A stretch of DNA of 64,000 nt from Stylophora pistillata (taxonomy: Eukaryota), in the NCBI RefSeq assembly GCF_002571385.2, contig NW_019217912.1, positions 42,023 through 106,022 on the forward strand, in the 5' to 3' direction. This document shows positions 28,370 through 39,183 of this stretch, piece by piece. Within the stretch, counting starts at the first letter, position 1, and each line of letters begins with the position of its first letter. The position numbers were made by a program, and so were the translations under genes. The notes under the pieces were generated by a model. That model had not been told where the DNA came from. It ran no database searches and saw only the letters and a list, made by a program, of their open reading frames with translations.

Positions 28370-31300
28370 CCTCTTGCGGTAAAACACCACTCCAACGAAC
28401 ACGAATGCTAAAAGGGCGATCAGCACCAATGGAACGACCACATATACCACAGTCACACCTACTAAGAGTTAATCAGTCACATACACAAGTGAGCCAAATG
28501 TAATGATGTAGAAGAAACTAAAACTTCTACATTGGAATAAAAATGTGTTAAATATACTTAAAAGCTTGTTCTTAGTTTCCTTTGAGTGGTTCAGCTTTAA
28601 GCGATAGCTCAATACAGGTGAAATACATAGTAAGGGGTGACCACGACCGCTAAATAGAGACGATCTTTACTAGAGGTGAAAATTACAAAGTTTAAGGGGA
28701 TTTAATTTTGGACGTTTGACAATTGACCGCTCATTGTATTCTGAGAAGAAGAACCACAATCATCTTGTTACCTCTTTCTTCAGGTTCACCCTTCCCTCTA
28801 CTATTCGGATCATCTGCTCTAGATGAAGGAATCTCACTTGGTGTCGTCCTGTCTGGTGATCTTGTTGACGCTTTTTGAAGATGAAGATTTTAATTCATTC
28901 GTTAAATGACTTGCTTTATCTAATTTAATCTTTGAGCTTATACAATGTATGACTGTATAGGTATAAATATAGCTAATACCTCGTTTATTTAATATCTACA
29001 CATTCCTCAGAAATTTACTTGAACCGTTGGACCCTGCTTCCTGCTTTACCAAATCTCTACTATACATAAATTCTAGGAACAGATGAAAAGACAAGAAACA
29101 ATACTTACCTGAAATATTGACACCAAAGTAAGACGCTTTAAAGCCAGTGAAAGAGTTATCTTTGTCTGACTTGAATATTATAAAGATGTGGTTAGATGAA
29201 GAGTATATTCCTTTTTCTGGGGGAGGGTGACCTCCGTAAAAGACTCCTAACACCACTCCTTTTGAATCAGATCCATCATAAACGTATAGTTCGTCAGTGC
29301 CAATCTCGTTTTGCAGTCTAAATTCAGTAAAAACCAATACGATCTGTCGCGTTGTGTTAACTGTGATCGTCCACGAGCAGTGTTGACCATTCGGGTACTT
29401 TCCTGGATAATTCGGAGAGTGGAAACTACCATTGGCTGTTGTTAGTGTTCTATTACATCCTGAGAAAAGATATATGTCATGTACATAATTTGATATACCC
29501 ATAATTTCATAGGATAATTTGGTTTTATTAGCTAAGTTGATCGTATGTAAATTGGTCACTGTAAAGAGTTTCTAAAGCTGACGTTTCGGGCGTTAGCCCT
29601 TCCTAAAGCGAATGACGACCAACAACTTTAGAAACTTAGTCACTTTATGCACATAATTTTATACGTATGTGCAAATTTAACTTCAACCGGTGTTATGCAT
29701 ATACAAGTATTTATTAAATTGAAGTTGAATCTTTTGTTGATGATGATGACGAAGAAAATGATCATGGGGATGGTCTTAACGAAGCACCTGCACTAGTTTT
29801 GAACGTCAGTTCACTTGATCACTCTGTGTCAGGTGTCAAAATATTACTGTTGCCACTGTATACTTGGGCATAGTCAAAAAATGAAGCCGAAGAGGCCACT
29901 GGAAAGTATTGCGACTTTTGGTTGGTGAGGCCTTTAGCAACTGCTGAGACCTTTCGGATCACAGTATCCGGCCCCTGCTTTCAGACCAAATGCCACATTC
30001 AACGATGGATTTTTTTTTTATCAATTTCAGAAGACGGAAGTTTACTCGTGCTGACAGCAAATACTTACGATCACGAGCCCTAATTCATTTATGCATATAA
30101 CCTCATAAAATTATGAAACGTGCAAGTAACTTTACACTTGCCAGTGTAGTAACAGTAATATATCTTTTGATGCTGTTCACGTTCACGGGCATCATAAGGG
30201 AATCCGCCGCCCCTTCCATCCATGTTGTTGTTGTTTTGAGTATCATAATAAATCCACTCTGCTCTTGCTATCGCCCATTTGACCATCTGACATTTGTCTG
30301 ATTTGTAAGCCAGCAGGAAAAATGGAGAATCAGAGGGAAGGAGAATAGGAGTATCTTTTTCCCCGTCGCTTCTGCAGCAAAACTCGATTCTTGTGTTCTC
30401 GTTGAACGTTCCGTCAGGAAGTGTTCCACTACGTTTATTCTTATTTTTGTTACTGTCGTCATCATCCCAGTAAACATAGCCTTCCTTGAAATTTGCTGGG
30501 CAGGTTCCCTTTTTGTAGATACAATATCGTCCTGTAGGGATGAATGACAACCAGATATTGGTTTTATGTTTGAAGACCAACATCATGTCGTAGACTATGT
30601 ACATTAACAGACCTCCCTTTTTGTGTCCCTCTTTTTTATAGCTGTAAATTTCTTATTGCTGGCCGTCGCGAGCACGTCTGATCGAATTTCAGGTTTTTAT
30701 TTCTAGTGTTAGTTTGGGCTTTACAAATATGACGTCAACAATTTGGATTATCCTTCTGAACCTATTTTCTTTTGTAGGCGAACATCCAATAGTAGCGGTA
30801 ATGGAAAAACCCTGTATATTATACAACACATTCAAAAATCAGTAAAACGAAAGGAAATATGACATGATTAAGACCTTCTCTTAACGGCCTAGTTTTCTGG
30901 GGCCATACCTCAAAACAAATTTAAAGAAAACCCTTATTCTTCAAAAGCAGGCTCTTCGTCTAATCTACCTAACTAATTTGTAAAGAGCACGCTTCCCCGC
31001 CGTTTCTAAATGCGCAGTATCCTCTCGGCGGATCTGTGTTAGAATCAGGAAGGTTAGATAAATGAATATCGCACTTTGTAAGCTTTGGAACGAGTTGCAG
31101 ATAAAGTTTTCTTATCTTTGCATTCTTTTCGTCCTTGCAAGTCAAAGACAAGTGGGGTTATTCATAGCATTGAACAGAGAGAAGTGTATTGTGCCAGCAA
31201 GTTAGATCTATAGAATCTCAGTAAGACCTCCTCAGGCAAGGAAATGACTCTTCGACATTACCTTGTGGCCAATTTGGTCTGTTATGGTCGTCAATCGTGG

Positions 31301-32201
31301 ATGTTTTTATACAGAATGATCTTTGGACTTTGCTTTCATCTACCTTTGCATCGAGGTGGAAGTCATGGGATCTGGAATTGTTTGAGGATACACCATTTGT
31401 GTCGTGAGCCCGCCATCCTTTCTCCCACTGAAAGCCAGTAGTCAGAGGACAACCAGACACAGGTTTGGGTATTCCATATGATCCAGCAGGCCACAAAACA
31501 GATTCTAAAGATAAATTAATTGTTAATAAAACTTGACAACTCGATTTGAGATGCCACCCTGAAACGCAGGTTCACCCTTGGTAACTATCCAATTTTTATT
31601 TCCGAATTCTTTTACGTCTGACATCCGCTTCTTCCGCTCCTTCAAATATTTTGAACCTTTGATCACCTGAGTGGTAAACGGAGTATTATGAATAACGTTA
31701 CATCATAACTCATTGAATAACAGGATTTCACGTAACATGAAAAAGGCACAGCGAATGCTTAAACGTTTCACCTATCTCAGCATTTCGTTTTGGCTGTGCG
31801 AGAGTAAAAAAGGCAATTTCATGGCTGCGTTAATACTGTAATCCTAATGAAACTATGTAATACCTACACTCAAATTACATTGTCGTAAGGTCTATTCGGG
31901 AATGGTGACTATCTATTTCAGCCGAATGTTACCTTCTCTAGTGGGTAACTGGGAAGGAATTAGAGATTTACGCTTTTACATTCTTATATCGAGTAAACCT
32001 GTCGGACTAAAAAAGAGAACAAAATTCTTGAAACACAAACTGGTAATCGTTTAAAAAGTATGTCTAAGTACCACTCCAAGCGACATATTCATTGCATACT
32101 TACACTTTTAATGTCGCAGCGAAATCTCTCAAACGGGACTCACCTGACATACATAAGGTACTGGCAAAGACCGTTACTCTTAAAATTCTCCTCCACAGCA
32201 T
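28370..32201 (-). CDS. Apextrin-like (ApeC)-CUB-TM receptor, paralog 2. Signal 32144-32201; ApeC about 31262-31505 and 30141-30532; CUB about 29108-29460; TM about 28370-28460; 3' end unresolved
   Basis: Same exon layout and motifs as paralog 1 (WPAGSYGIPKPVSGCP; GRYCIYKKGTCP; CQMVKWA; CUB FHSPNYP); TM VVYVVVPLVLIALLAFVFVGVVFYRKR. Confidence 0.8.
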
Positions 32202-32769
32202 TTTAATATCACTAAGATCTCTAAATATCTCAAATGTGTCGAACCATTTGATCTTTACTCTATTTCGAATCCTCATAAAGCGTGACTTGATACAGATACA
32301 AAGATATATATAAACAAACGTTTATCACTCAATAGTTGTCACGCAAATTTTTTAATACGTCGAACTCTAAGCCTACGACTGCGTAACGGTCACAGGATCT
32401 TACTCACTTCTTTCTCAGTCTTCATTATATTAAAGTTCTTCATCTGCGTATCATCCCCACTGATGTGTTTCTTCTTTGTGTTTTGGGGGATACTGCATGA
32501 TTTAACATCAAATTTTCAGACCTGAAAAAGTACGATATGTATGTCCGACATTGCAGAATATAAAACCTTACATATTGGGAGAGAAAGGGTAAATAAAGGC
32601 GACCTAGAAGTACACTTGTATATTACTTGATTGGGTAAAGTACACAGTTTGCAATTGAGACAAAATCCGAGTTCCATTCATAGTGATACATATCGTAATT
32701 TTTGATCAGATAGTTGCAGAATAACTTAGTATGTTTTTCTCTTGCAAAAAATCAGACCTGCTCCCAGTT

Positions 32770-32842
32770 GGCTTGTTAGCTCAATTGGTAGAGCGCTGCA
32801 CTAGTATCGCAGAGGTCAGTGGTTCGAATCCCGTACAGGCCT
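32770..32842 (+). repeat. tRNA-like (Thr-like, AGT loop) SINE head or tRNA pseudogene
   Basis: TAGCTCAATTGGTAGAGC A-box, GGTTCGAATCC B-box, T-run after it; acceptor and anticodon stems imperfect. Confidence 0.55.
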
Positions 32843-33818
32843 GATTTTTTTCAGGTCTGATTTTCGCTATCGGATAGAGAAAAAGCATCATGTCAAATAG
32901 TACCCCCATCCCTACGAAATTGAAAAAAGGAGAATCGTTCAGGTCGTGGAAACAATGAGGATGCTCAAAGGTGATCATTAAGTAGTAGTCACTTTTTAAT
33001 GATGCAGCTATGTAGGCATATCCCTAAACTGTTCATCCTTACAAAACGAAAATAAATACATCATCCCTTTTACGATGACAANNNNNNNNNNNNNNNNNNN
33101 NNNNNNNNNNNNNNNNNNNNNNNNNNNNNNNNNNNNNNNNNNNNNNNNNNNNNNNNNNNNNNNNNNNNNNNNNNNNNNNNNNNNNNNNNNNNNNNNNNNN
33201 NNNNNNNNNNNNNNNNNNNNNNNNNNNNNNNNNNNNNNNNNNNNNNNNNNNNNNNNNNNNNNNNNNNNNNNNNNNNNNNNNNNNNNNNNNNNNNNNNNNN
33301 NNNNNNNNNNNNNNNNNNNNNNNNNNNNNNNNNNNNNNNNNNNNNNNNNNNNNNNNNNNNNNNNNNNNNNNNNNNNNNNNNNNNNNNNNNNNNNNNNNNN
33401 NNNNNNNNNNNNNNNNNNNNNNNNNNNNNNNNNNNNNNNNNNNNNNNNNNNNNNNNNNNNNNNNNNNNNNNNNNNNNNNNNNNNNNNNNNNNNNNNNNNN
33501 NNNNNNNNNNNNNNNNNNNNNNNNNNNNNNNNNNNNNNNNNNNNNNNNNNATGATGATGATGATGATGATGATGATGACTATGTTCGGTTCTCTCTAGCG
33601 TTCGACTATGATCACTTTATTTTGAACGGAAACTACTAGGATTTCCAGCCCTGAGTGTATACAGGTCACTAATACCAATAACATGCTACCACATTAATTC
33701 AACAGTCCCTCGTCAGTTGTTTTGTATTGTTTGAAAAGCCGAATTATACACACATTTTTATTGGTTTTTACTTGCTATGATATAACTTAGACACAATGTG
33801 CGCTCTGATTGGTGAACA

Positions 33819-34795
33819 AGTAGTAGCCCTTTGACGGGTTCTGGCTCATTTTCCCTGCATTTACGTCAAATTATCGTGAATATTCGTTAATTTAGCACTT
33901 TCATGGCCTGTTTTATGCTCTATCGTTAAATTATCGTGCATGCACGATAATTTATCACTTTCGAGAGATTCTTTAAGTATGTTTGTAGCGTTCACGTTAA
34001 ATTATCGAGCATGCACGTTATTTTAGCACTTTCCCCGACCTCAATTTGCCAAATCACGTTAAATTATCGTGCATGCACTATATTTTTGCACTTTTCCCAT
34101 CGTCTATTTGTGGTATTCACGTTAAATCATCGTGCATGCACAATAATTTGACGGCGTGCCATTTACCTTTAAGTGTGTTGTGTGACGGCTTTGTGGTGTC
34201 CTATCGCATGTGTGTGTATTTTGTCTGGTAAAATGATTCGCTTGTCATCGTCTGCGGATAGCGCAACTTTATTGATCTCTTCCATATACATCTCATGCTT
34301 TCGGCTCCGAAGTGTGTTCATTTTTCGTAGTTGTTTTCCACCACCAAACAAACATCTCTTGTAGTCATCGAAGTTGATGGTACGATCTACCACTCCTCCC
34401 TTCATCCCCTTACACTTCTTCACTTCTTCTTCATCACCAAACATTTTGTAGCTGTACAGCTTAGCTCTCAGACCGACAAACTCTTCAATGATCTTTCCAC
34501 CTTTTTCATCTTTAAACATTCCAATCACCTTTTTGTTTACGCCGGTCGGTATCCCAGAAGGATGCCCCTTTTTAATGTTGCTCGTGTCAAACAAACGGTC
34601 TACATCATCACTTATATTTTTGTAGAAATCTTCAGTCTGAATCTCATAACAAAGACTATCAGTGTCTGTGAAAAGAAGCTTTGATTTACCCTCTGGGTAC
34701 TTAGGCTTAATGTAGTTATAGTGAAAGTCGTACATCAATGTCTTACTAATATCGAGGATGCTCATCCCGAGATAGAGAGGCTTATTGAAGAGAAT
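33819..34795 (+). repeat. Left terminal inverted repeat (at least 977 bp, includes the pPolB 3' end)
   Basis: Reverse complement of 52642-53618; I found 6 mismatches by eye. Confidence 0.9.
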
Positions 34796-37700
34796 CTGCG
34801 TCTTTCCCATGTGTATTGCGCTGAGATCTTCAGAGAAGATCGTACAATGTTTGAAGTTGACCTTGTTTGTCAACTTCTTTGCCTTCTCTTCTCTGGTGAC
34901 AAGTCTCACGTCAACACGTTTTCGAATGCTTTCCATGGTTTTACCAAAGACAGCGTTGTTCATCAGCTTGTAGAAGTCTTTTTCAAAGTCATTCTTTGCT
35001 TTTGCTCTCAATTTTGTGTTTTTATTGATGTACTTCCTCATCCAAGGACTCTCTTCGAACCTGATAATTCTATGAATCTTTCCGATCTCGATTCCAAGGC
35101 TCATGTATTTCTTCAACGCTTTGTGATGAATGATGTACTTTTTCTTTTCGTTTAACGTGCAGGTCAGCTTATGCACTTTTCCAATCAACAGATTTTCAGG
35201 AGCGGGTGCATACTCGTTGAAGTGATCGTGAAGCTCTTCTTTGACGCCTTTCAGGTCGACTTCGAGAATGCAGGGGAATTTCTTCCACTCTCCAAAGTCT
35301 TTTTCATCGACCCATTTAAACCCTCCCGTCGGCAGACGCTTACTCATCGCCCAACCGTAAAGGTTGTTTGCATCGAGATACGCGATGAACTTTGAAGGTT
35401 GGGTGGGATCAAACTTTTCTTCCATGTATTTGTTGTTGGCTTTTGCATGCCTTGTCGAAATCATTGAAATCCCACCGCGAATACCGGCCTCAAACATGTG
35501 TAACATATTTATATCGGTCAACAACTCAAGTTTTACCTTAGTCAACTTGAGACAAGCATCCCAAGCCAAACCCGGTGCGGTGAAGTACCAACAAGGATCG
35601 AGATCATAGTTCTTTTTGCAAAGTTTTCGAAAGTTTTCAAACACATCGGCTAGTAGAAGAACATCACTTCGATTGTAGAGATTGTGGTAATCTCGGAATG
35701 TCTTACATCCAAAGACGCTCCATACATTTTGAGCATGGGCATAGTCTTCATCTTCGATGCCTTTACCACTTAACACGGAAAAGAAAGCTTCTTTTGGTGG
35801 AAGTTGTGGCTCATCAAGCTTGTGTATCGAGTCCATCCATTCATAAGGATAAACACCCTTTCTCATCAACAGGTTAAGCTTCTCACCGGTATAATATCTT
35901 CTTGTATTTTGAAAGAAAGGCTTACCCTTTGCAGCAAGGTTTTCGACAAGCGTGTCAAGACTAGAAGCCAAGAATTTAAAGCTGTCAATAAACCTCAACT
36001 CTCTCTTTACCTCAACGACTTTTTCTTCCTTTTTATCGAAAAACTTGCCAACCACAACGTGCTTTGTGAAGCTGATGTATTTCTCTTCGTTGTTTGGTAT
36101 ACAATCAATCTCACCCTCTGAAACACCAAGATTTTTAACGAAGAGATGAGCGTCATAGTTTGCCAAGTTGTGAAACACCACAGGTGTAAACTTGGGACGC
36201 TGAAATTTTAGGTTGCAGCTGTTATGTGCAGCCCCTCGAAATTTGCCGGTGTAATGGCAATGATCGCGCACTTTGTCCTTCCCCTCTTCAAAATCTTCTC
36301 CACATAACCAACAACACGTCGCATTTTCAAATTCGACAGCATCACTCTTTGTGAAGATCATCTTTTTAGGAGGGTGATCTTCGTAAATAGCCTGAACCTC
36401 TGCTTCAAGCGATTCAACGAATATTTGCGCCACATCTTCATCTTCAGACTTTGCTGTGTATTCAACCAGTTTTGAATAACTATTGTCAAATGTGCACTTG
36501 AGATAATAACAAAAGCTTAGCGGAATATGCTGAGACTTTTTCTCTGTGTAACACTCTTTAGGATTAGGTTGGGCTGAGTGCAATAGTTTAATGATTGATT
36601 CAAAATCGGCATAGATGACAAACGGCATGTCCATCTTCTTGTGATGGTTTTTGAAAGAGAGGGTAGTCCCCTCTTTTGGCATCTTTTCTCTCACGGCTTC
36701 ATGAAATCGGCACAGCGCGTCATGTGTGTCAAGAAGTTGCTGAGAGCCAAAATAATTAAGACACCTCCTACATATAAACTTCTTGTTTTTTCTCTTTGAC
36801 AACTCACTCGATACGAGCCGACTCAAATTCTTGATGAGGCAATAATGCTTTTTGTCACCATCTTGAATGAGAAGAAGATCAATAAGGCCTTGACCCTGAC
36901 CTTTGCTGCTCACTCTCAAGGGATTGAGCCCATTTTCATACATGTATACGTTGACACCGATCTCCGGATTTAACTTTTCAAAGCGACTAATGCTCTTCAC
37001 CTCCATTGGAAACTTAATGTCACCCCACACGAGTTTTTCTGCCTGTTTTTTCAAAATCTTTGTGATGCGAGTAGGATTACTTTGAACAGGATTCAAAGCT
37101 CTCGTAACACACCACTTGAAGCACTCTGTATCTTCGTTCTCCATATTTATGATGGCTTTTTTATCTGCGAGATGTTTTGGCAGCTTAATGTAAGAGGAAC
37201 CTTTCAGAGGGGTGTATTTTACCGTATGCAGATCTAAACCCTCAACACGATAAAAAATCCACCCGCTCCCATTTTTTTCAAAATTCTCCAAACTCTTTAT
37301 CATTTCTTCCACACACCCTTCATAAAGTTCTTCTCGATCAGTATCCTGAAAGACAATCTTTTGAGGAGTTGAAAGATATGCGGTCATGTGCTCAATCTCA
37401 TCATTTCTTTTTCTCATCATATTACACCTAAAAATGAACTTTATCTTGATATTTTTTTGTGTATTCAAAAGGTTCATAACGGTGGGGCTCACAACCTCAA
37501 GATAATCTCTCGGTCCAAAAAGTACTGGAATCCCATCGATCGTGTACATCTTTGCAAACTGTTTCAGAGAAGAAGCTGTTTCAACAGCTTTGAAACCAGC
37601 CCTCTTTACAGCCTTTTTTTTAGCACTTCTTTTTGACTGTATAGACTCAAGTAGCCGGTTCGCACGGACCTTTCCATGAAGGATCCGTTTTTTTGCTCTT

Positions 37701-37966
37701 CTTGACTGTATAAACTCGTGTAGTCGCTTCTCGTAGTCGCTTTTGCTAAGACCCTTGTTTATCTCACGGAATTCTGTAATACTGCTAGCAGTACTAGGAG
37801 CCCCCTTTGTCTTCTTTCGTGTAATTATGGGCAGGGGAGGGCTTTTTGGTTTTGACTGAGCAAGCTTGATGCGCTTGATAAGCTCATCTTTTCGAAGGTT
37901 TGCGTAGCCGTGCAAGCCGTTTTCTTTTGCAATTTGACGGAGTCGCGCAACAGTGTGTCTCTCCAT
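34169..37966 (-). CDS. polB: Protein-primed family B DNA polymerase with N-terminal HEH/Rho_N-like motif, OTU-like region, Zn finger and endonuclease VII-like insert
   Basis: ExoI YADFES, ExoII FHNLANYD, PolA YLDANNLYGWAM, PolB KLMNNAVFGKT, PolC TDTDS; CWLC..VRDHCHYTGKFRGAAHNSCN; ATG at 37966. Confidence 0.96.
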   Translation of the reverse strand: MERHTVARLRQIAKENGLHGYANLRKDELIKRIKLAQSKPKSPPLPIITRKKTKGAPSTASSITEFREINKGLSKSDYEKRLHEFIQSRRAKKRILHGKVRANRLLESIQSKRSAKKKAVKRAGFKAVETASSLKQFAKMYTIDGIPVLFGPRDYLEVVSPTVMNLLNTQKNIKIKFIFRCNMMRKRNDEIEHMTAYLSTPQKIVFQDTDREELYEGCVEEMIKSLENFEKNGSGWIFYRVEGLDLHTVKYTPLKGSSYIKLPKHLADKKAIINMENEDTECFKWCVTRALNPVQSNPTRITKILKKQAEKLVWGDIKFPMEVKSISRFEKLNPEIGVNVYMYENGLNPLRVSSKGQGQGLIDLLLIQDGDKKHYCLIKNLSRLVSSELSKRKNKKFICRRCLNYFGSQQLLDTHDALCRFHEAVREKMPKEGTTLSFKNHHKKMDMPFVIYADFESIIKLLHSAQPNPKECYTEKKSQHIPLSFCYYLKCTFDNSYSKLVEYTAKSEDEDVAQIFVESLEAEVQAIYEDHPPKKMIFTKSDAVEFENATCCWLCGEDFEEGKDKVRDHCHYTGKFRGAAHNSCNLKFQRPKFTPVVFHNLANYDAHLFVKNLGVSEGEIDCIPNNEEKYISFTKHVVVGKFFDKKEEKVVEVKRELRFIDSFKFLASSLDTLVENLAAKGKPFFQNTRRYYTGEKLNLLMRKGVYPYEWMDSIHKLDEPQLPPKEAFFSVLSGKGIEDEDYAHAQNVWSVFGCKTFRDYHNLYNRSDVLLLADVFENFRKLCKKNYDLDPCWYFTAPGLAWDACLKLTKVKLELLTDINMLHMFEAGIRGGISMISTRHAKANNKYMEEKFDPTQPSKFIAYLDANNLYGWAMSKRLPTGGFKWVDEKDFGEWKKFPCILEVDLKGVKEELHDHFNEYAPAPENLLIGKVHKLTCTLNEKKKYIIHHKALKKYMSLGIEIGKIHRIIRFEESPWMRKYINKNTKLRAKAKNDFEKDFYKLMNNAVFGKTMESIRKRVDVRLVTREEKAKKLTNKVNFKHCTIFSEDLSAIHMGKTQILFNKPLYLGMSILDISKTLMYDFHYNYIKPKYPEGKSKLLFTDTDSLCYEIQTEDFYKNISDDVDRLFDTSNIKKGHPSGIPTGVNKKVIGMFKDEKGGKIIEEFVGLRAKLYSYKMFGDEEEVKKCKGMKGGVVDRTINFDDYKRCLFGGGKQLRKMNTLRSRKHEMYMEEINKVALSADDDKRIILPDKIHTHAIGHHKAVTQHT

Positions 37967-38105
37967 TATGCAGACATGTAAATATAGTTTTGATCTCAAA
38001 AAAAAACTCTTTCTATTTTTTTACAATTATTTCTTTAAGATGTTTTTCCTCACTCGATTCAAGTGAAGAAAACCTATAACTTTACGTCGTTCACATCATT
38101 CTTCA

Positions 38106-38513
38106 TCATCTGCTATATTTCTTTCTCACTCTATCTCTCCACAAAATTTTGTACGCCTGTACGACTTGTTCCACCAAATCTCGCTTCTCAGACATTTTTT
38201 TTATCATCTTTTCATCTGTTGTTACTCCCATCTCTTCCTTAATGAGCTCGATAAGCTCACCTTTTCGAAGTTTTGAATAGCCACGAAGGCCAGCATATTT
38301 TGCATATTTGTAAAGTTGGTAAGCATAGATTCTTTCTTTATACCCCACTTCTTTTTTACACTCTTCATCTGTTACTCCTGCATCAATAATGAGCTCAACA
38401 AGCTCAACTTTTCGAAGGTCAGAATAGCCGCGAAGACGCCTATTCTTTGCAAATCGACGCAGTTGTACAACAGTGAGATTGTACAGAGTTGTATTAAGAT
38501 TGATTTTCTCCAT
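38106..38513 (-). CDS. Small basic protein with two Rho_N/HEH-like repeats
   Basis: LTVVQLRRFAKNRRLRGYSDLRKVELVELI and LYKYAKYAGLRGYSKLRKGELIELI. Confidence 0.7.
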   Translation of the reverse strand: MEKINLNTTLYNLTVVQLRRFAKNRRLRGYSDLRKVELVELIIDAGVTDEECKKEVGYKERIYAYQLYKYAKYAGLRGYSKLRKGELIELIKEEMGVTTDEKMIKKMSEKRDLVEQVVQAYKILWRDRVRKKYSR

Positions 38514-38597
38514 ATTGTCTCTATTATTATGAGTTTTTTTTCTTTAAGATGTTTTTTCCTCACTCGATTCAAGTGAAGAAAACCTGTTAGGTTACTA

Positions 38598-39131
38598 TTA
38601 ATCTTTTGGTGGGGTAGCTGTTGGGGCTACCGCTTGTGGTGGGTCTTTTTTCAACGTATAACTCTCAAATCTCAGATTGTATCGTATTCCATTGATAACT
38701 ATTGTGCTTTTTATCTCTTCGTTTTTTGTGGTGACCTTCGAACCAAACCTTCCAGGATTTATGTTGAAGTGTTGTGAAGCTTTATTTATCGAAGGGAAGA
38801 CAAGCTCTTCTACAGATTCTGACAAGTCTACAGGTGTTAATATCACCTTTTTTCTCACACCAATATTTCTTGCACAAGGAGGTGGAGGGTTTTTGATAAC
38901 TTCAATCAAGTCTTTTTTCTTGAGTTTGTAAAGACCTTGCAGACCCATCTCCTTTGCTTTTATCAAAAGTTCAGACTTTGAATCTTTTTTTCTCGCACCT
39001 GTGATGTGCTGTGTTGGATTTTTGATAACTTCAATCAGGTCTTTTTTATTCAGTCTGTGAAGACCTTTCAAACCCATCTCTTTTCCTTTTGCCAAAAGTG
39101 CAGCCTTTGTATATGTTTCAAGTTCATCCAT
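38598..39131 (-). CDS. Protein with two Rho_N/HEH-like repeats and a NUMOD1-like HTH
   Basis: (T/S)K..LL.K.KEMGL.GL..L.KKDLIEVIKNP twice; VFPSINKASQHFNIN. Confidence 0.65.
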   Translation of the reverse strand: MDELETYTKAALLAKGKEMGLKGLHRLNKKDLIEVIKNPTQHITGARKKDSKSELLIKAKEMGLQGLYKLKKKDLIEVIKNPPPPCARNIGVRKKVILTPVDLSESVEELVFPSINKASQHFNINPGRFGSKVTTKNEEIKSTIVINGIRYNLRFESYTLKKDPPQAVAPTATPPKD

Positions 39132-39183
39132 GGTGCAATCTTATCTTTCGTTTATATTTCTTTAAGACATTTTTTTTCATTTT

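Noticed and set aside
32770-32842. Functional tRNA-Thr gene
   Set aside because: Imperfect acceptor and anticodon stems; better explained as a SINE head or pseudogene
33864-34153. True CRISPR array
   Set aside because: Eukaryotic viral TIR, no cas genes, degenerate repeats, short uneven spacers; kept only as a repeat-spacer finding
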